Shown: piece by piece, positions 22,901 to 36,142 of the stretch | How positions within the stretch are numbered: the first letter of the stretch is position 1 | Layout of the letters: the number at the start of each line of letters is the position of its first letter | Source of the DNA: Vicugna vicugna | Lineage: Eukaryota | Assembly (NCBI GenBank): GCA_013265495.1 | Contig: MU058221.1 | Location: 806,001 to 870,000 of the forward strand | DNA: 64,000 bases | Direction: 5' to 3' | Position numbers and translations under genes: made by a program | The notes under the pieces: generated by a model | Seen by the model: only the letters and a program-made list of their open reading frames with translations | Databases searched by the model: none | Told to the model about the DNA's origin: nothing

Positions 22901-23929
22901 TTTTATTGTTCTTTTGTGAAATTATTTATTAAAAAAAAACACACAAAAAAGAGAGAAAGAAAAAAAGATGCTTCCTCACTACGCCCTATGAAAGTCCTGG
23001 ACTGCCAACAGGTTAGCTTGTAAATGAATTTTTGATCAAAATTATCAACTGTTTCCTACAATGCCTCTTAAGATGCATCCACATACTCTCAAGAGGTTCT
23101 TCAAGTTGCTTTTCACAGAATATTTTAAGTATTATTTTTATTTAATTAGCTTTCCTAAAATTCATAGTTAGGTTATATAGCTTTTTTCCTCTCTCTCTGC
23201 CGTCAGTATATGGGAAGTCACTGAAGGTCTCTGTCTTCATACAGTCGTACAGACAGCAGTCTCTTATAATCGGCCCCCGCTTGCAGCCGGAGCCAAGTCT
23301 AAGCACGCCGGCCTCTGAAGACTTAAAATAGTTTCTAAGCTTTAAATAGTTTAAAATAGTTTTAAATCGCTTTAAAGGTTTTTGACTCAGCTAAATAAGT
23401 CTTCTCGAACAGAAACTTTACTTTTACATCTAGGTCAAAAAAGAATGTCGCGTCAATGTGGTCATAATTGAAGTTCACATTGTTTAAACATGGTCTGAAT
23501 TTGTAGTCGCCCGACTTCTCAAGGGAAAAACTGAGAAGACTTCAAGGACATACTCCCTTCCACTTGGAGCCACTCAAGGAATGGTTAAGATGTAATTAAT
23601 AAGACACTGCCTTGAAAGGGCTTTGTGAAGTGATCTGGCACACCGAAATTTAATTTTGCCATCCACTTTCAAGCGCCCGATGATTCGCACAACCAGAGAG
23701 ACACACAAGTGCCACCACTGTTTATGAGCCTCAGAGAGCCCTGTGCAAACGCCGGGATGAACCAGAGGCTTCTGACAGCCCTTGTTCACCCCCACATCGC
23801 TCTCTGCCTTACCTATCTCGTTATTCCAGGAAATTAGCCTGCTCCCTCCTCTGAGACCCACACTCTGAATAAATTTGAAGAGACTTAACAAAATAAGCAT
23901 TGGCATGGCACGTCACAGTTCAGAGAGCT

Positions 23930-24205
23930 GTGGCTGGCTCTGTCACTTCGTTGGTGCCTCATTCAAAGTCCAGCTTCTCCGGAGAATCTCCCCTGTCAGC
24001 CTTGTCTAAAGAGCCCTCTTCTGCCCCACCCAGGGCTCTCCATTCCCTTTTTTTCTTGCTTTATTTTATCACGAGCAATCATCACGACTTGATTTTATAT
24101 TATATACATATTTATTTGTTCACTATTTTTGGGCCTCGTTTGATTGTATAAAAGCAGCATGGCCGTGCAGCAAGTGTTTAATGAATATTTGTTAAATGAA
24201 TAACT
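23930..24205 (+). mobile_element. L2 3' end
   Basis: ttgctttattttatcacgagcaatcatcac...tatttatttgtt...aatgaatatttgttaaatgaat. Confidence 0.7.
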
Positions 24206-24252
24206 AGATAAACCTTGTCTACTGAAATGTAGGTATTCGTGTCCTAAATTGG

Positions 24253-24495
24253 AAATTGGGAGTTTGAGATTTGCAGATACTACTATATATAAAATAGGTA
24301 AACTACACATTCATACTGTGTAGCACAGGGAACTATATTCAATATCATGTAGTAACTTGTAATGAAAAAGAATATGAAAAGGAATATATGTATGTATATG
24401 TAAGACTGAACCATTGTGCTGCACACCAGAAATTGACACAACGTTGTAAACTGACTGTACTTCAATTAAAACAAAAAAAAAAGAAAAGAAAAAAG
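24253..24495 (+). mobile_element. Short camelid L1 3' end with poly(A)
   Basis: Homologous to 11568-11790, starting at aaattgggagtttgagatttgc. Confidence 0.9.
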
Positions 24496-25129
24496 GAAAT
24501 GGGGGGAAAGAGACTCCTGGTGTGTGAATGATGTGGTCAAGGCCATGCAGCTCATTATTCAGGTGTCTGACTATCACTCTTAGCATCTCTCACTTTATCA
24601 TGGTGCCTTATCCCCCGCAGTGTGCGCTGAATCAGAGGGAGGAACGGAGAGACTGGACGGGAGGTAAGACAGGTTGGAGGCACGGCTCCTCCCTCGGAGG
24701 TGGGAACAGAGTGTTAGTGAAGACGAGGGCCAACCCCTAAGCAGAGGGAAGCGTTCTGTCTGGGGAGCTTATGTACAACCGACTCTCAGACTTGACTGCA
24801 TCCTCTCCAGTGAACGTGGCGTCCCTTCCCACCTAAAATGATGCGCACTGATCGTTGTGCCCAAAGAAGCAGGCAAACACCCAAAGACTGGAAGTCCAGA
24901 TTCTGAATATGAGTTATATGGATTTAAAGGAATGCTAGCACAAAACAGAAACGTGATGTCCCATATTGTGCTAGGTTTTAAGAAACTGATTAATGTATTA
25001 TCAATGCGTCCTCAAAAGAAAAGGTGTCGCAGGTGAACTTCACTTTTGCCCAGTAACTTAGTAGGCGTCTCTCTGGTTTCACTAAAATATAAAATTTAAA
25101 TACGCACCCTCAGTCATGCGTTGTTAGAG

Positions 25130-25370
25130 ATGGTAGCACAGAGCGGTGGGGAAGACCATGGCTTTGGAGACAGAAGGGTATAAATCCGCAATTAGACACA
25201 TCACAGATATTGGCAGAAATAAGTATTCTAAATTGATATCTTCAATTATAAAACTGAGTTTAAAAATAATCTACCACATAGGACTGCTGTGAAGATTACA
25301 TACATCTAATGAGTTCCGTATACTATGTGGCAGCTTGTCTCTGCTAGAGGTTAGGTATTCACGTTCAAAT
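25130..25370 (+). mobile_element. MIR SINE
   Basis: catggctttggagacaga...ctaccacataggactgctgtgaagatta. Confidence 0.6.
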
Positions 25371-25974
25371 GATTAGATATATACTTAAAAGCCGAAATAA
25401 CACCAACTTAACCACAGCAAAGCTCTGCGCGGATTGTGGCCCTTTTAATCACTTTCATTGTCACGTGCAGAGATCGAGGCGTGCTTATAGTTGGGGAAGA
25501 ATTGTTAGGGATGGAGTTATGAGTCAGGAATTCAAATTAATGTCGAGATAGCGGAACTTGTGGTGTCACCGTGTTTGTCGTGTCTTGATTTATCATTTAC
25601 TGAGATCAGAAATTATTTTAATTTGGCCTCCATAATTCATGACTTCAATATTCTTTTGAGGCATTTGAGTCTACAAGTTGTTTAATAGAATGAAAATATG
25701 AACCTTGCTCAGGGAGCATGATCTACATTTCAAAGTAAAAGGAGTCCAAAAAAAAAGTTACTTGGTGAGAGTGTAGAGAGGAGATTCAACAGTGCATATC
25801 ATCCAGCCTCATAAAACACTCGGAGTCAGGGGACGCTCACGCGGTGCACAACGCTGCCCTAAAGCATTTGGGAATTCCAATTTCAGATGCTCTGCGAGTG
25901 AAGTGAAAGCTTTCTCAGGCACAGTGAGGCACACGCACATCTCTTACCATTCCATGGATTGTCGAGAACAGGAG

Positions 25975-26760
25975 GACCCATTTACTCAGAATATTTTATG
26001 AATAACTAACCAGCCAGGCGCTGTGCTGGCCGCAGGGCAGGCATGGAGACAGCGTCTGGCATCTGGCTAAACACGGCCGGGTCGAGGAGCACAGCCCTCC
26101 CCGTGCTCAAACGTTAGGGGACATTCTTCCTCGGACTTCCGTCGTTCCAATCCCATGAGTGGCGCACGTTCTCTTTTTGCTCTGAGCCTTTGCTCACATT
26201 CCTGCTCTGCCTGGGACCCTCCTCTCCACCACCACTCTTTCCCTGTGGACCCTGATTGGCTTTGAGGTTCCAGACGACACATCGCTCCACGTAAACCTAT
26301 AGGTTATTTCAGTTGCTATGGAACAATCCACGTGTCCTCTAAAATAATGTTTGTCATCGTTTTATTGACAATAGCACATCACCTTTTTGTCCCCTACTAG
26401 GTTTATGCCCCATAAGGAAGAGGAGAAGTGCATGTGCGGTCATTCAGCACAGCGCTCTGCGCTCGGTAAACGTCCGCTGAATGAATGAGCAAACCAAGTG
26501 CCTCCTGACAGTTTGGGTCAAATGCTGAGAAGCCTCTAAGACAAAATAATTCATTCTCTGGGAAGATTAAGGAGCTTATACTGAGAAGTGACTTCTTCAC
26601 GAAGCTCTTTTGGGCGCTGATTGGAGTTTACCCGGCAGGAGAAAGGAGAAAGGCGTTTACAGACAGAAAGAAAGCAATTGTAAGGACGAAAGGCTCTTTC
26701 CCAGGTTTCAGCTGGAAAACTTCCTTGTGGAGAATGTTTGTGAAAGACAGATTATAAAGG
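25975..26760. mobile_element. L2 fragments (sense copy at about 26100-26490 within an antisense L2 remnant)
   Basis: gagcctttgctcacattcctgctctgcctggg...gtccgctgaatgaatg in sense, flanked by antisense ccaggcgctgtgctgg and ggagaaaggcgtttacagacaga. Confidence 0.55.
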
Positions 26761-26996
26761 GCTTACAAAGGCACTGGGATCAGGGCGGATGGAGCAGCCC
26801 AGCATCACAGAATTCTAGGTCAATTAGTGGGTGGTTCAGAAAGAAAACAGCATTTCAGTTAAATCAAATTTGGACAGGCTTAAGTACCAGAGGGTTTCTC
26901 GGAGCTTTTTGCTATGCCAATGCGCTACATAGTGTTACAACATGCAGTCACAGTTTATGGTGGCCTCCTTAATGTGTTTGTACACTTCTTTTCCAG

Positions 26997-27090
26997 GGAG
27001 CGTCATGAAGAACGTGGCGCACAGAGCACATGCTGGGAGTTGGATGTTGGGCACTGTCTGCAGCTCTTCTGGGCTGGCACAACTGCGCAG
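26997..27090 (+). other. Candidate internal exon (94 nt)
   Basis: Branch-like ccttaat (about 26967), acceptor cttcttttccag|GGAG and donor GCAG|gtcagg, in apparently unique sequence. Confidence 0.4.
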
Positions 27091-27469
27091 GTCAGGAGCT
27101 GCTACTCATTTCTCACGGGTAGAAGCCAAAGGAGACGTGAAATGCTCAAGGCAGCCCCCACAGCAGAGTCATTCAGCCCAAGTTATCAATAGCAACAAAG
27201 CTGGAAAATCTAGTGCGGTAGGAAAGTCGACAGCTGTGAATTCAGACGGGAATGAAGTCTCCACTTGCTGGTCAGTCACTGTTGAATCTTAAATTATTTA
27301 ATCTGACTAGGTTTCAGGTTCTTCCCTGGAAAAAGATAAATGAAATGACCTTTTTTGGGAGAGTAAAGTTTGCTTTAAGAAAGATAACATATATGAAACA
27401 GCACAGTGGATTATCCGCCATAGAACATAGTCTCTGAACACAGAACACAGTCACTTAGTAAATGGAGAC

Positions 27470-27980
27470 CGTGATAGCCTGATGCTGGTGTTCGTTTGCT
27501 CGGTTGTTTTGTCCCAAGCCCAGGAACCCTGTTCTTTCTGCCGCTGCTGACAAACCCTACACCGTGGACACACCTGCAGGATGTGCCCCCAGCTGGTTCA
27601 GACTTAGGACCCAATGCCAGCAGGTGCAATTAGAACCCTGACACTGAGCAGACAACCTAAGCTAGGCCATTGGTGCCTGCCCCAAAGACTCCAAGCTTGG
27701 CGGAAGATAACGACCTTGCTTCCCTGTCGAGAGACTGAGCCACAGCTGCCCTGGATGTGACTAGCTCTCCTTCGCAGGAGGAGGCTTCGAAGCTGGCGTA
27801 AAGAAGAAGGCAAACACGAGAGCTGTGGGTGGAGAGACTGCACTTCAGCTCTGTACCCAGCCGTCCCCAGAGCCTCCCCCAGCACACGAGATAACAAAAG
27901 CCGGCGCATCTTCTATCTTTCCTTAGCGGGCTCACGGAGCTTCTGTCCCTTGCTGCCAAACCAGTCCTAAAATACTCAGA
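27470..27980 (+). mobile_element. Old ERVL LTR (LTR16-like)
   Basis: acctaagctaggccattg... and the terminal ttctgtcccttgctgccaaaccagtcctaa. Confidence 0.6.
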
Positions 27981-28829
27981 TACAAGTGTCGTTAGTTCTA
28001 CGGGAAATGGAGAATTCTAGTGTTTTCTAACATACATTGTACTAGGGTTAACCTAGGTAACTGCTTTGATTCCAGCTTAGAATAGATCGCTCTAGGAAAA
28101 AAAATCAAAATCTCTCTTAGAAAACAATTCAAATCATGTATGTATATAAAATTCAATTTAAAAGTTAGTGATTCCCAAACCCCAGTTTAGTTGAGGCATT
28201 TCATTCAATGTATATTAACCTTTGAAGACCAGCTGACATGCAGTAGCAATCAGCTCTTATCTTGTGTTCTGCTTTTAACAGTTTCTAAATTTAGTCACAT
28301 CTAGCCAGAAGTGCTTGTGTAACTTACTCTGACTTTCCCCTAGAGTGGCTAGTAAAGCAGAAAAAATTTTATAAATCTAAGTATTTTTAAACAAGTTGAA
28401 AAATTGTAACTATAATTGTTATACACTCTAAAAATAGGATAGTGAAATAATTTTAACCATTCATGGTAGAAGAGCTTATTTAGTCAATACTTGTTTATTA
28501 TATATGCGCTTACAGGGACTATGTTGAAAAACTGATACGTTTATCTTAAAGGTGAAGGCAAATAATAAGGAAGAAGAAACTCTTGTATTTGGTACCATGA
28601 GGAAATAAGAAACTGTGCTGTAAACGTCAGTACAAGCCTTCCTCCAGAGATGGGGACTCGATCCCAGACGACGTGATAAAGCCCACACTGCAATGATTTA
28701 CTTGCCCTTTTTTGCATTTATTTATCACAAAATACTAATTTTCTTTCAAATCAATATTTTTCTAACAGAATCTCTCTGTATGATCTTGAAGAACGTATAA
28801 CCGAATTTTCTCATATTTTTCAATTTTTT

Positions 28830-29440
28830 TTGTTGGTTTATTTATTCATTTTTTTGGTTTGCCACTCTATGAATGTTAACATGTGACTCGATCCATTTAA
28901 CTACCCCCACGGCTGGGGTATAAAACAGCTCCCTCACCTTACCTCGTAGTGCTTCCTCATGGGCAAATGCCCCTCTGTGCCTGACCCCAGGCAGCCTCTG
29001 GTCTGCTCTCTGACCCTGTAGTTTGCCGTCTGCAGAACGTCACGTAGAAGACTCGGACAGTAAGCCACGTTTTGGAAATGGCTCCCCTTGCTCAGCACAG
29101 CGCCCTCGAGAGCCACGCAGGATGCTGGGTGCGACTGCAGCCCACCCTTCCGTCGGCGAGTGGTTATTCCACTGCGCACAGCACCGCAGTTAGTTGGTCC
29201 GTCCCTTCAGTAAAAGGCGGTTGGATTTTATGCTCATCCATGTAGCTTCCATAAACATGTTGTACAAGTTTCGTGTGAACATAAGCTTTCGTCTCGAGCT
29301 CAGACGGTGAATGCGTTGTGAACGTGAAACAAAGACGCCAGACTGTTGTCCACGGCAACGCTGTGACTTGGCGTCCTCACCAACAATGTCTGTGCTTTTC
29401 AACTGCTGCTCACCTTCACCTGCAGATGGCGTGGTCAGAG
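28830..29440 (-). mobile_element. Old L1 (L1MB/MC-like) 3' region, unusually CpG-rich
   Basis: gaccccaggcagcctctggtctgctctctg...gagtggttattccactg...ataaacatgttgtacaagtttcgtgtgaacataagctttc...ctcaccaacaatgt. Confidence 0.75.
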
Positions 29441-30914
29441 CATCGTGCACCAACAGGAAACAGGCCGGAACCAGACCCCCGTCACCGCTCAGCAGCGAGA
29501 AGGACTTCGCTGGACTTGACCCGGTGCTCGCTGCAGCAGCATTAATGCTGCGGGCGAAGCCTCCACACGGGTTTCCTGTGCGCACCACGGGTGAGCACAG
29601 GCGAGACGGGGACAGACGTGGCTGAGCGTTCCAGGGGCGAGAGCTGTCAATCAGGCGAAGACCACCTCTAGGTGAGGGTGTGAGAGCGAGGGAGACAGGA
29701 GCCACTGCTCTTCCCTCCCGTGGATCGGCCCTCTTCTACGTAAATCCTGCCCCTCTTCTAATCTTCCACCGCACAGCACACCGCCTCCTGTCTATCACCT
29801 TATCTTCCGGGTCTGGCAAGAACTAGGGCCTTTTCCTTTTCCCTTCTGGGGTAGCAGAGCTACTCTATGTCTGGAAATCAGATTAAGAAATAATCGTGGA
29901 TGTAAACAAAATGTGGCCATAGGGTTTTCAATTGTGGATTTTACTTATAATATTGAATAAGTCAATGACATTTAAATTGCCAATAGCAGAGGTTAAATAA
30001 TAATCATCAAAGCAGCTATTGGGATGATGCTGAGAAGCACATTAACGTAAAAGAAGTAATTGCCATGACAGATTCTTTTAAAAACTAGTTACAGAATATA
30101 AGGCTATGTTGATATTTTCTAAATAATATTTATATATGGATTAATTCGTGCCCTACCCCGAGCAGTACGGATTGTGTACATTAAGCGTTGTAGCTTTCAC
30201 TGTCCATGACAGGTGCATTCTCCCCCCCGCCCCGACCCTGGCCCGGGGACGACGTCACTGGGTTCCCTTGCCCTCTGGCCGCCAGCTGGCTGGGCCCGTG
30301 CGCAACGCAAAAGGCACGGACAGAACTGGAAAGCAGGGGAGTTGGAAGTGTTTGCTCCTGGGCTGCCTCCTTGAAGACCATGACTTCACGTGGTTACCTG
30401 CCTCGACCAAAGGCGATCATTTCTGTCAAGGGGTTAAACCCTAAAGCCAGAGTTGGCCCAGGCTTCCGAGAACCACTGCCTCCCACTCAGGCTCAGGAGA
30501 TGCAGTGCTTTCCACACCGGTCCCAGCCCAAGAGCTTCTCAGCTCCCCTTGTCAATAAGCAGCGCCTTTGTAAGTGGCACGTTTCTTAAATTCTGTCATT
30601 AATAATCAGCCCATTTTAATACGACGTGTTTCCTGGCAGAACCTTGAACATTGCCTTCACCAAAATATTGGAAGTCGTCACTTGCTATGGAAAATTATTT
30701 ACTTATTTATATTACTTGTATGTGGACTTACTCTCACACGTGTGTTCTGTGTTATTTTATGTGGATTTTTGCAACTACTAAAGGGAAAAAAGTAACTTAC
30801 TAAAATAGTGTTTCTCAAACTACGTGTTGTGAAAGATTATTTTTTATCAGTTGTTGAAATACGGTTTTATAAAACATAGTGAAGATGATTATAAAAACTT
30901 AAAAAGCACACATT

Positions 30915-31070
30915 GATTGTACCAAATACACCCCACTGATGAGGGATGCTGAGGGCAGGGGAGGACGTATATGTGAGTGGGGAGGGCTGTGTGCGAACCT
31001 CTGTATTTTCTGCTCAATTCTGCTGTGAACCTGAAACTGCTCTAAAAGAGTAAAGTCTATTAAAAAAATA
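30915..31070 (+). mobile_element. L1MC-type extreme 3' end, inserted in a probable hAT remnant (about 30806-31210)
   Basis: ctctgtattttctgctcaattctgctgtgaacctgaaactgctctaaaa...aaagtctattaaaaaaa. The left flank begins tagtgtttctcaaact. Confidence 0.75.
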
Positions 31071-31639
31071 CATAGACAAACCCACACATTTTTAATTCAA
31101 ATTCAATAAACATAAAATTGTTCTATTAAATAGCTATAGAAGTTTCTAAGTGTTTTATCTTAAATTATGTTTGTGTGCCCATATTGGTCTGCAGGTCACG
31201 ATTCTGGTATTGATTTAAAATATGATCAAGTAAGTTATCAAACAAGCCGGTGTCTGTGTCCCTGCCTGACTCTCTAGCCATATAATTGTATCTGTTTGCT
31301 TCTGCGTCTGCCCATCTACTCGTAAGTATATTTAACGATGCCTACACAGTGCCTTGTCACCTATTAGGTACTTAAATAAATACTTGTGAAATGTATGAAT
31401 GAATGATTTAAAATAATCAGTTAAATTGAAGAATGCACAGGAACATACACACAATCTCTTTCCCTGCTCAAGTTTCAGGCAACAGGGCTTTCTCATGTGC
31501 CCCCTGGGGGCAAAAAATAGGCACAAACTATCTCAGTGTTTAACTGAGCATACTTTGTGACCTGCAGTTCAGCTTCACAGTGCTATTCAAACGCTAAGAC
31601 AAATCGGAAACATTTAAAGATCCAATCAAAAGGAAGAGT

Positions 31640-34250
31640 TTGAAATGATTACATCAAATCGTAATGGAACGCAATGCCAAAGCTAAAATAAAATTGTAGA
31701 AACTATGTGACATGATGGAAAGATACAAATATTTTGTTAAGAGAGATATATTGTAAGCAGACAAAACAGAACATCAAAACTGAAAGAAGATGTATCTGGA
31801 AAATATAAAAGCAGTGTGTTAAATGTTGTTATTTCTGTTAGTAAGATTATGTTTGTTTTATTTTACCTTTTGCTTATATGTAAACTTAAAATATCTTCAA
31901 TAAACCTATATTTTGAAATAAGCAAAAAAACCCCACCTGTAGATAAAACTATAGATCAAATTTGATTTGTGAACGTAGTTACAAAAGCTAAACAAAAATA
32001 AACGCAAATAAAAAACATTAATATAGAAAGATAATGCTTAAGCAGAACGTATTACGTGAACGCAGAGTTGGCCAGATTAAAAAAAAAAAAATCTATCAAC
32101 ATAATCTCACATCCACAATTTAATGCGGAAATTAAGTGAAAAGACATTTGATAAAGTGCAGCAGCCGCTTAAATAAAAACTCTAAAGAAAACAGAAATAG
32201 AAGACCATTAAAACTGGCAGCAAATATGATTATAAATGTCAAATGACTGAAAGCATTTCCAGTAATAAGAGGAGGTGGACAGGGCTACTGGCTAGCTCCA
32301 TTTTTTAAATCAATAATGTTTGGGAGGATGCAGTGAATGCAACAAGAAAATGAAATAACATCGGAAAAGTGGAGATAATATCCTATTGATGCTGATGATA
32401 TTAAGGACTAGTGAAAAGTCATTAAAATTAATGGTCGACTTTCGTACGTTGGAGGCACACAAGGTAAACACATTAAAACATAAAACCCTCGCTCCTGCCT
32501 ATTCCAGCAGTAGTCATTTGGAGAAGCAGATAGAAATTAAAAAAAAAAAATCTGTTTACAGCTACAAAAACACTAGAAAGTGCTCATGGATGTATTTTAT
32601 AAGAACGATCCAGGAGAAATGGTGAAGAAAACTCAAAGCATTTTTGAAGGACATAAATAAGATTTCAACAGATGGAAAGTGGTGCTATGTTCTTAACCAG
32701 AGGCTTATTTCCCCCAAATTCATTACACATTTAAAATAATTATGAGAGCAGGTGACGTGTGACGTTTTTGTTGTTGATGGGGTGGGTGTGGGGTGGAGAT
32801 AAGATGATCTGCAAATTCATAAGAAAGAATAAATACATAACAAAAAGCCAAGAGTTTTTTTGCTAAAGAAAGCAGACACATGCTTTACCAGATATTAGAA
32901 AACTTATAAATTTACTGCAATAAAATATATATGGAAACTGTAAAAAAAATCAACAGGAAATTCATAACAATAAAATTCTAATATACATGATAACATAAGT
33001 TATAAAAGTTGTGTTTTTCTTACTGAGTAGATAAATAACAGGCTAAAAGTTAACCACTGTCATTGAGAAAGCTAACTGGCTACCTAGGAGAATACAAAAT
33101 TGCATCTCCTTTCTTACACCCAATACAATAATAAATTCCCAATTATTTTCTTAGAAGTATGAGATTCTTCAAGGATGAGTATCTTAACTATAGGAATGTC
33201 AATTTTCCCCTCATAAATTTTTCCTACCGAGAACTTTGCAAAGCTGAGGTTTCAGAGAATGAATTCAGAAGAATTTGAATAAAAATAGTAAATTGGAGTA
33301 AATCTTTAGATGTTCAGGAAATTCTTTCAGATTGATTTCTCTAAAATTATATGTATAATCCATCATTAAGGGATAAGCAAGATTTGAAACCTAAAACCAT
33401 GAAAGAAATCAGTATATATTTAAGTATAAACATAATTTAAAATAGCTTGTAGACATACCAGAAACCATTTAAAGGTACAAACAATAGAGTTGAAAAACCT
33501 TATTTCAACCAGCAACAAAGAATTAATAACTACAAAATATTCCAAAACAGGTAAGAAGTTGCTCAGACTCACCAATATTCAAGAATATGCCGTCTATAAA
33601 AGTATTTCACTACAGTAAAATTTCACTTTGAGCTTATTACTAAAAAAAAAAAAAGTTAAAAGCTAACAACAAAGCAAAACCCTTACTGGTGAAAATATAT
33701 AAATACAGAGCATTTTGATATCAAGTGGTCAAAATCTATAAAATTCAAAAATACGTATCTTCTTTGACAAGATAGTCTCAATCCACATATTCTGTTTCTT
33801 GGAAATAACAATTATATTTAATGATGTAAGTGGACTGATGTTTATGGAAGTATTGGTTTCAGTATAATGGTAAAAGACTTGAAACAAATTGAATTCCCAT
33901 CAGTAATTGGACGGCTGATGATCTTGTGGTACCTCTGTACCATGGAAAATTAAAGGATAAACAAAAATAAACCAAGTTTCTGTAAACATTTTTATGTGAT
34001 ACATTTGAAGGATAAAAGCAAGATGCAAAAAATAATAGACTTTTGTGAGTGAAAGTAAAACTCTTATATTTGCACACACACAAATACACACACATAAATA
34101 TAAAGAAAATAAAGAAGGATTTATATTGTCATTAACTTAGACTATTTGGTAGTTAATATTTGCAATGAAGAGGCAGAAACCAAGCGAATTAGGGACAAAA
34201 AGAGGATCATACTATTACAACACAGCAAGAAAAAGAAAAACTATGAAAAA
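31640..34250 (+). mobile_element. Highly decayed old L1 (ORF2 and 3' fragments)
   Basis: A-rich sense strand with remnants such as gacatttgataaa, gactgaaagcatttcc, gaaggacataaataagattt and gacttgaaacaaattgaattcccatcagta. Confidence 0.7.
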
Positions 34251-35499
34251 AATGCATGTAGGACAATAGAATTCCTCTATGAGTGTGTGTGTGCGCACAT
34301 GTGGACTTTGCAAGACTATTTTTAAAACAAAATAATAATTACTGTAAAAAACATTTAAACAGTTGCTATTCCTTGTCTACATTTCTGAGTACCCCATTTG
34401 TTTCATTTTGCACAATTTAATTAACAAATTTACTTTCATTGCATGTTTGATATATGTGAGAGTGTAAATTAAAATGAGAACTGAAGGCTCAAGATGGACC
34501 GGCCTGTCATAATTCTTGGTCAATCACGTGAACATCAGCTGGGGGTGAGGGAAGAGTCTACTGTTACAGGGCAGCTCTTTTCCCCTCCATTAAGCATTCA
34601 TGAGAAGCTGTTCCCACTCCTCTGGGGGCTGAGACTGATCCTCCTTTATGGAATAACAGTTTAAAGCTATTTGGTTAGTTCTCTTTACCAACGTTTGCAT
34701 GATCATTAGATTTCAGGAGTGAAACCATATTACTGATCTGATGTACAGTTCACCAGATGGCCAGTGGAAAACGTTATCAGTTTCCTACGTTTGATTGCAG
34801 TGAAGAGTAAATTCAAGCTCTCTCTCTGTGACCCAACACAATGAAGACAGATTATTCTGGCAATTATTAAGTGATCTCCAGCACTCCTGGGTCATTTTGC
34901 AAACTCCAGGGACTGCAATTAGTGTTACGTATGACCCATCTTATGTAAAATACTATCCCAGTAAATGGCTTGGAACTAAATGGTAATCAGAAGTTCTCAC
35001 GGTTCTCGATGTTCACATTTTAGGGTACACCAGATTTGTCCCTGCTTAATAGAGCTGTATTTTAACGTGAGTTATTGATTTAAATGTGACAATACTGGGA
35101 TCCCTTAGGCCCTCCAACAACTTCATCTTCCAAACCAAGACAAGGTTTGATTGCCATCTGGCACGAACACTTCAAGGTATTAAGGAGAATAAGAAAACAC
35201 AGTGTTTCTCTTTGCTGTTGTTCTTTCAGTACATTCGATTGTAAACGCCTTTTCAGTGAAAGTTGGCTGATAGAGAAAGAACATAACAGACTAGCAGGCT
35301 AATTGCAAGATCTTCAGCAAAGAACCTAAATGGTAACATTAAGCAAATCAAAACAAGTAGGTATAATTAATTGTATAGTATGGCATTATTAACAGTTTTA
35401 AGTAATTAAAATGTACAACTAAATTTCATCCTATGAATCTGAATTGTACAACACTTAAGGTAAGCATTATAAAATGATTCAAAAATGTTTAAGTGCTGG

Positions 35500-36135
35500 T
35501 TTAACACACAATAAAAGTAATTAAAAGTATTTTCTTTGAAATATGCTTTTGTTTATATCACAAAATGTATGTTAGAAACAGGAACATGGGCAAATGCAAA
35601 AGTTGAAACTAAAGGACTTAGAGATGAAAGTAAGAATCATTATAATTTTATCATCTTCAGTTAATAGGTATTAACTTCTGATACACATTTTAAAGGACTT
35701 TTTTCTTTTTTTTCTCTACAAGAAATAAAAATGTGTATCTACTTTGTTGCTCGCTGTATATTTAAAACTTTTTTAATGTTTATAATTTCTAGAGTGCTGT
35801 GTCTGAATACTGAATGGTTTTCTTTTGTATGAATCATAATATCTACAAATGCATTTCCTGCTTTTAAATATTCAGATGATTTTTACTTTTTCCTTATTTC
35901 ATAGGCACTGTAATAAATATCCCTATACATATATCTTTTCTGAATTTTATACATAGATATAATGACACCTTATTGAAATAATACAAATATTTACATTTTC
36001 ATCTAATTATTTTAAAATTCTTTTATTTCTTTTTACCTCTTGAAGTTTATTTTGTATTAGAACATAGCTTAATTATACAATCAAATTGTTTTCTAAATAT
36101 CCTCATATAACATTGAACAATTTGTGTGCACAGAT
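35500..36135 (-). mobile_element. Old L1 (L1ME-like) fragment, apparently resuming at about 39640-40040
   Basis: T-rich antisense remnants, e.g. ggcactgtaataaatatccctatacatatatctttt and gaagtttattttgta. Confidence 0.5.
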
Positions 36136-36142
36136 ATGATTT

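Noticed and set aside
23323..23378. Cluster of aaatagttt units as MEF2 sites
   Set aside because: The units do not fit YTA(W)4TAR; probably a short degenerate tandem repeat.
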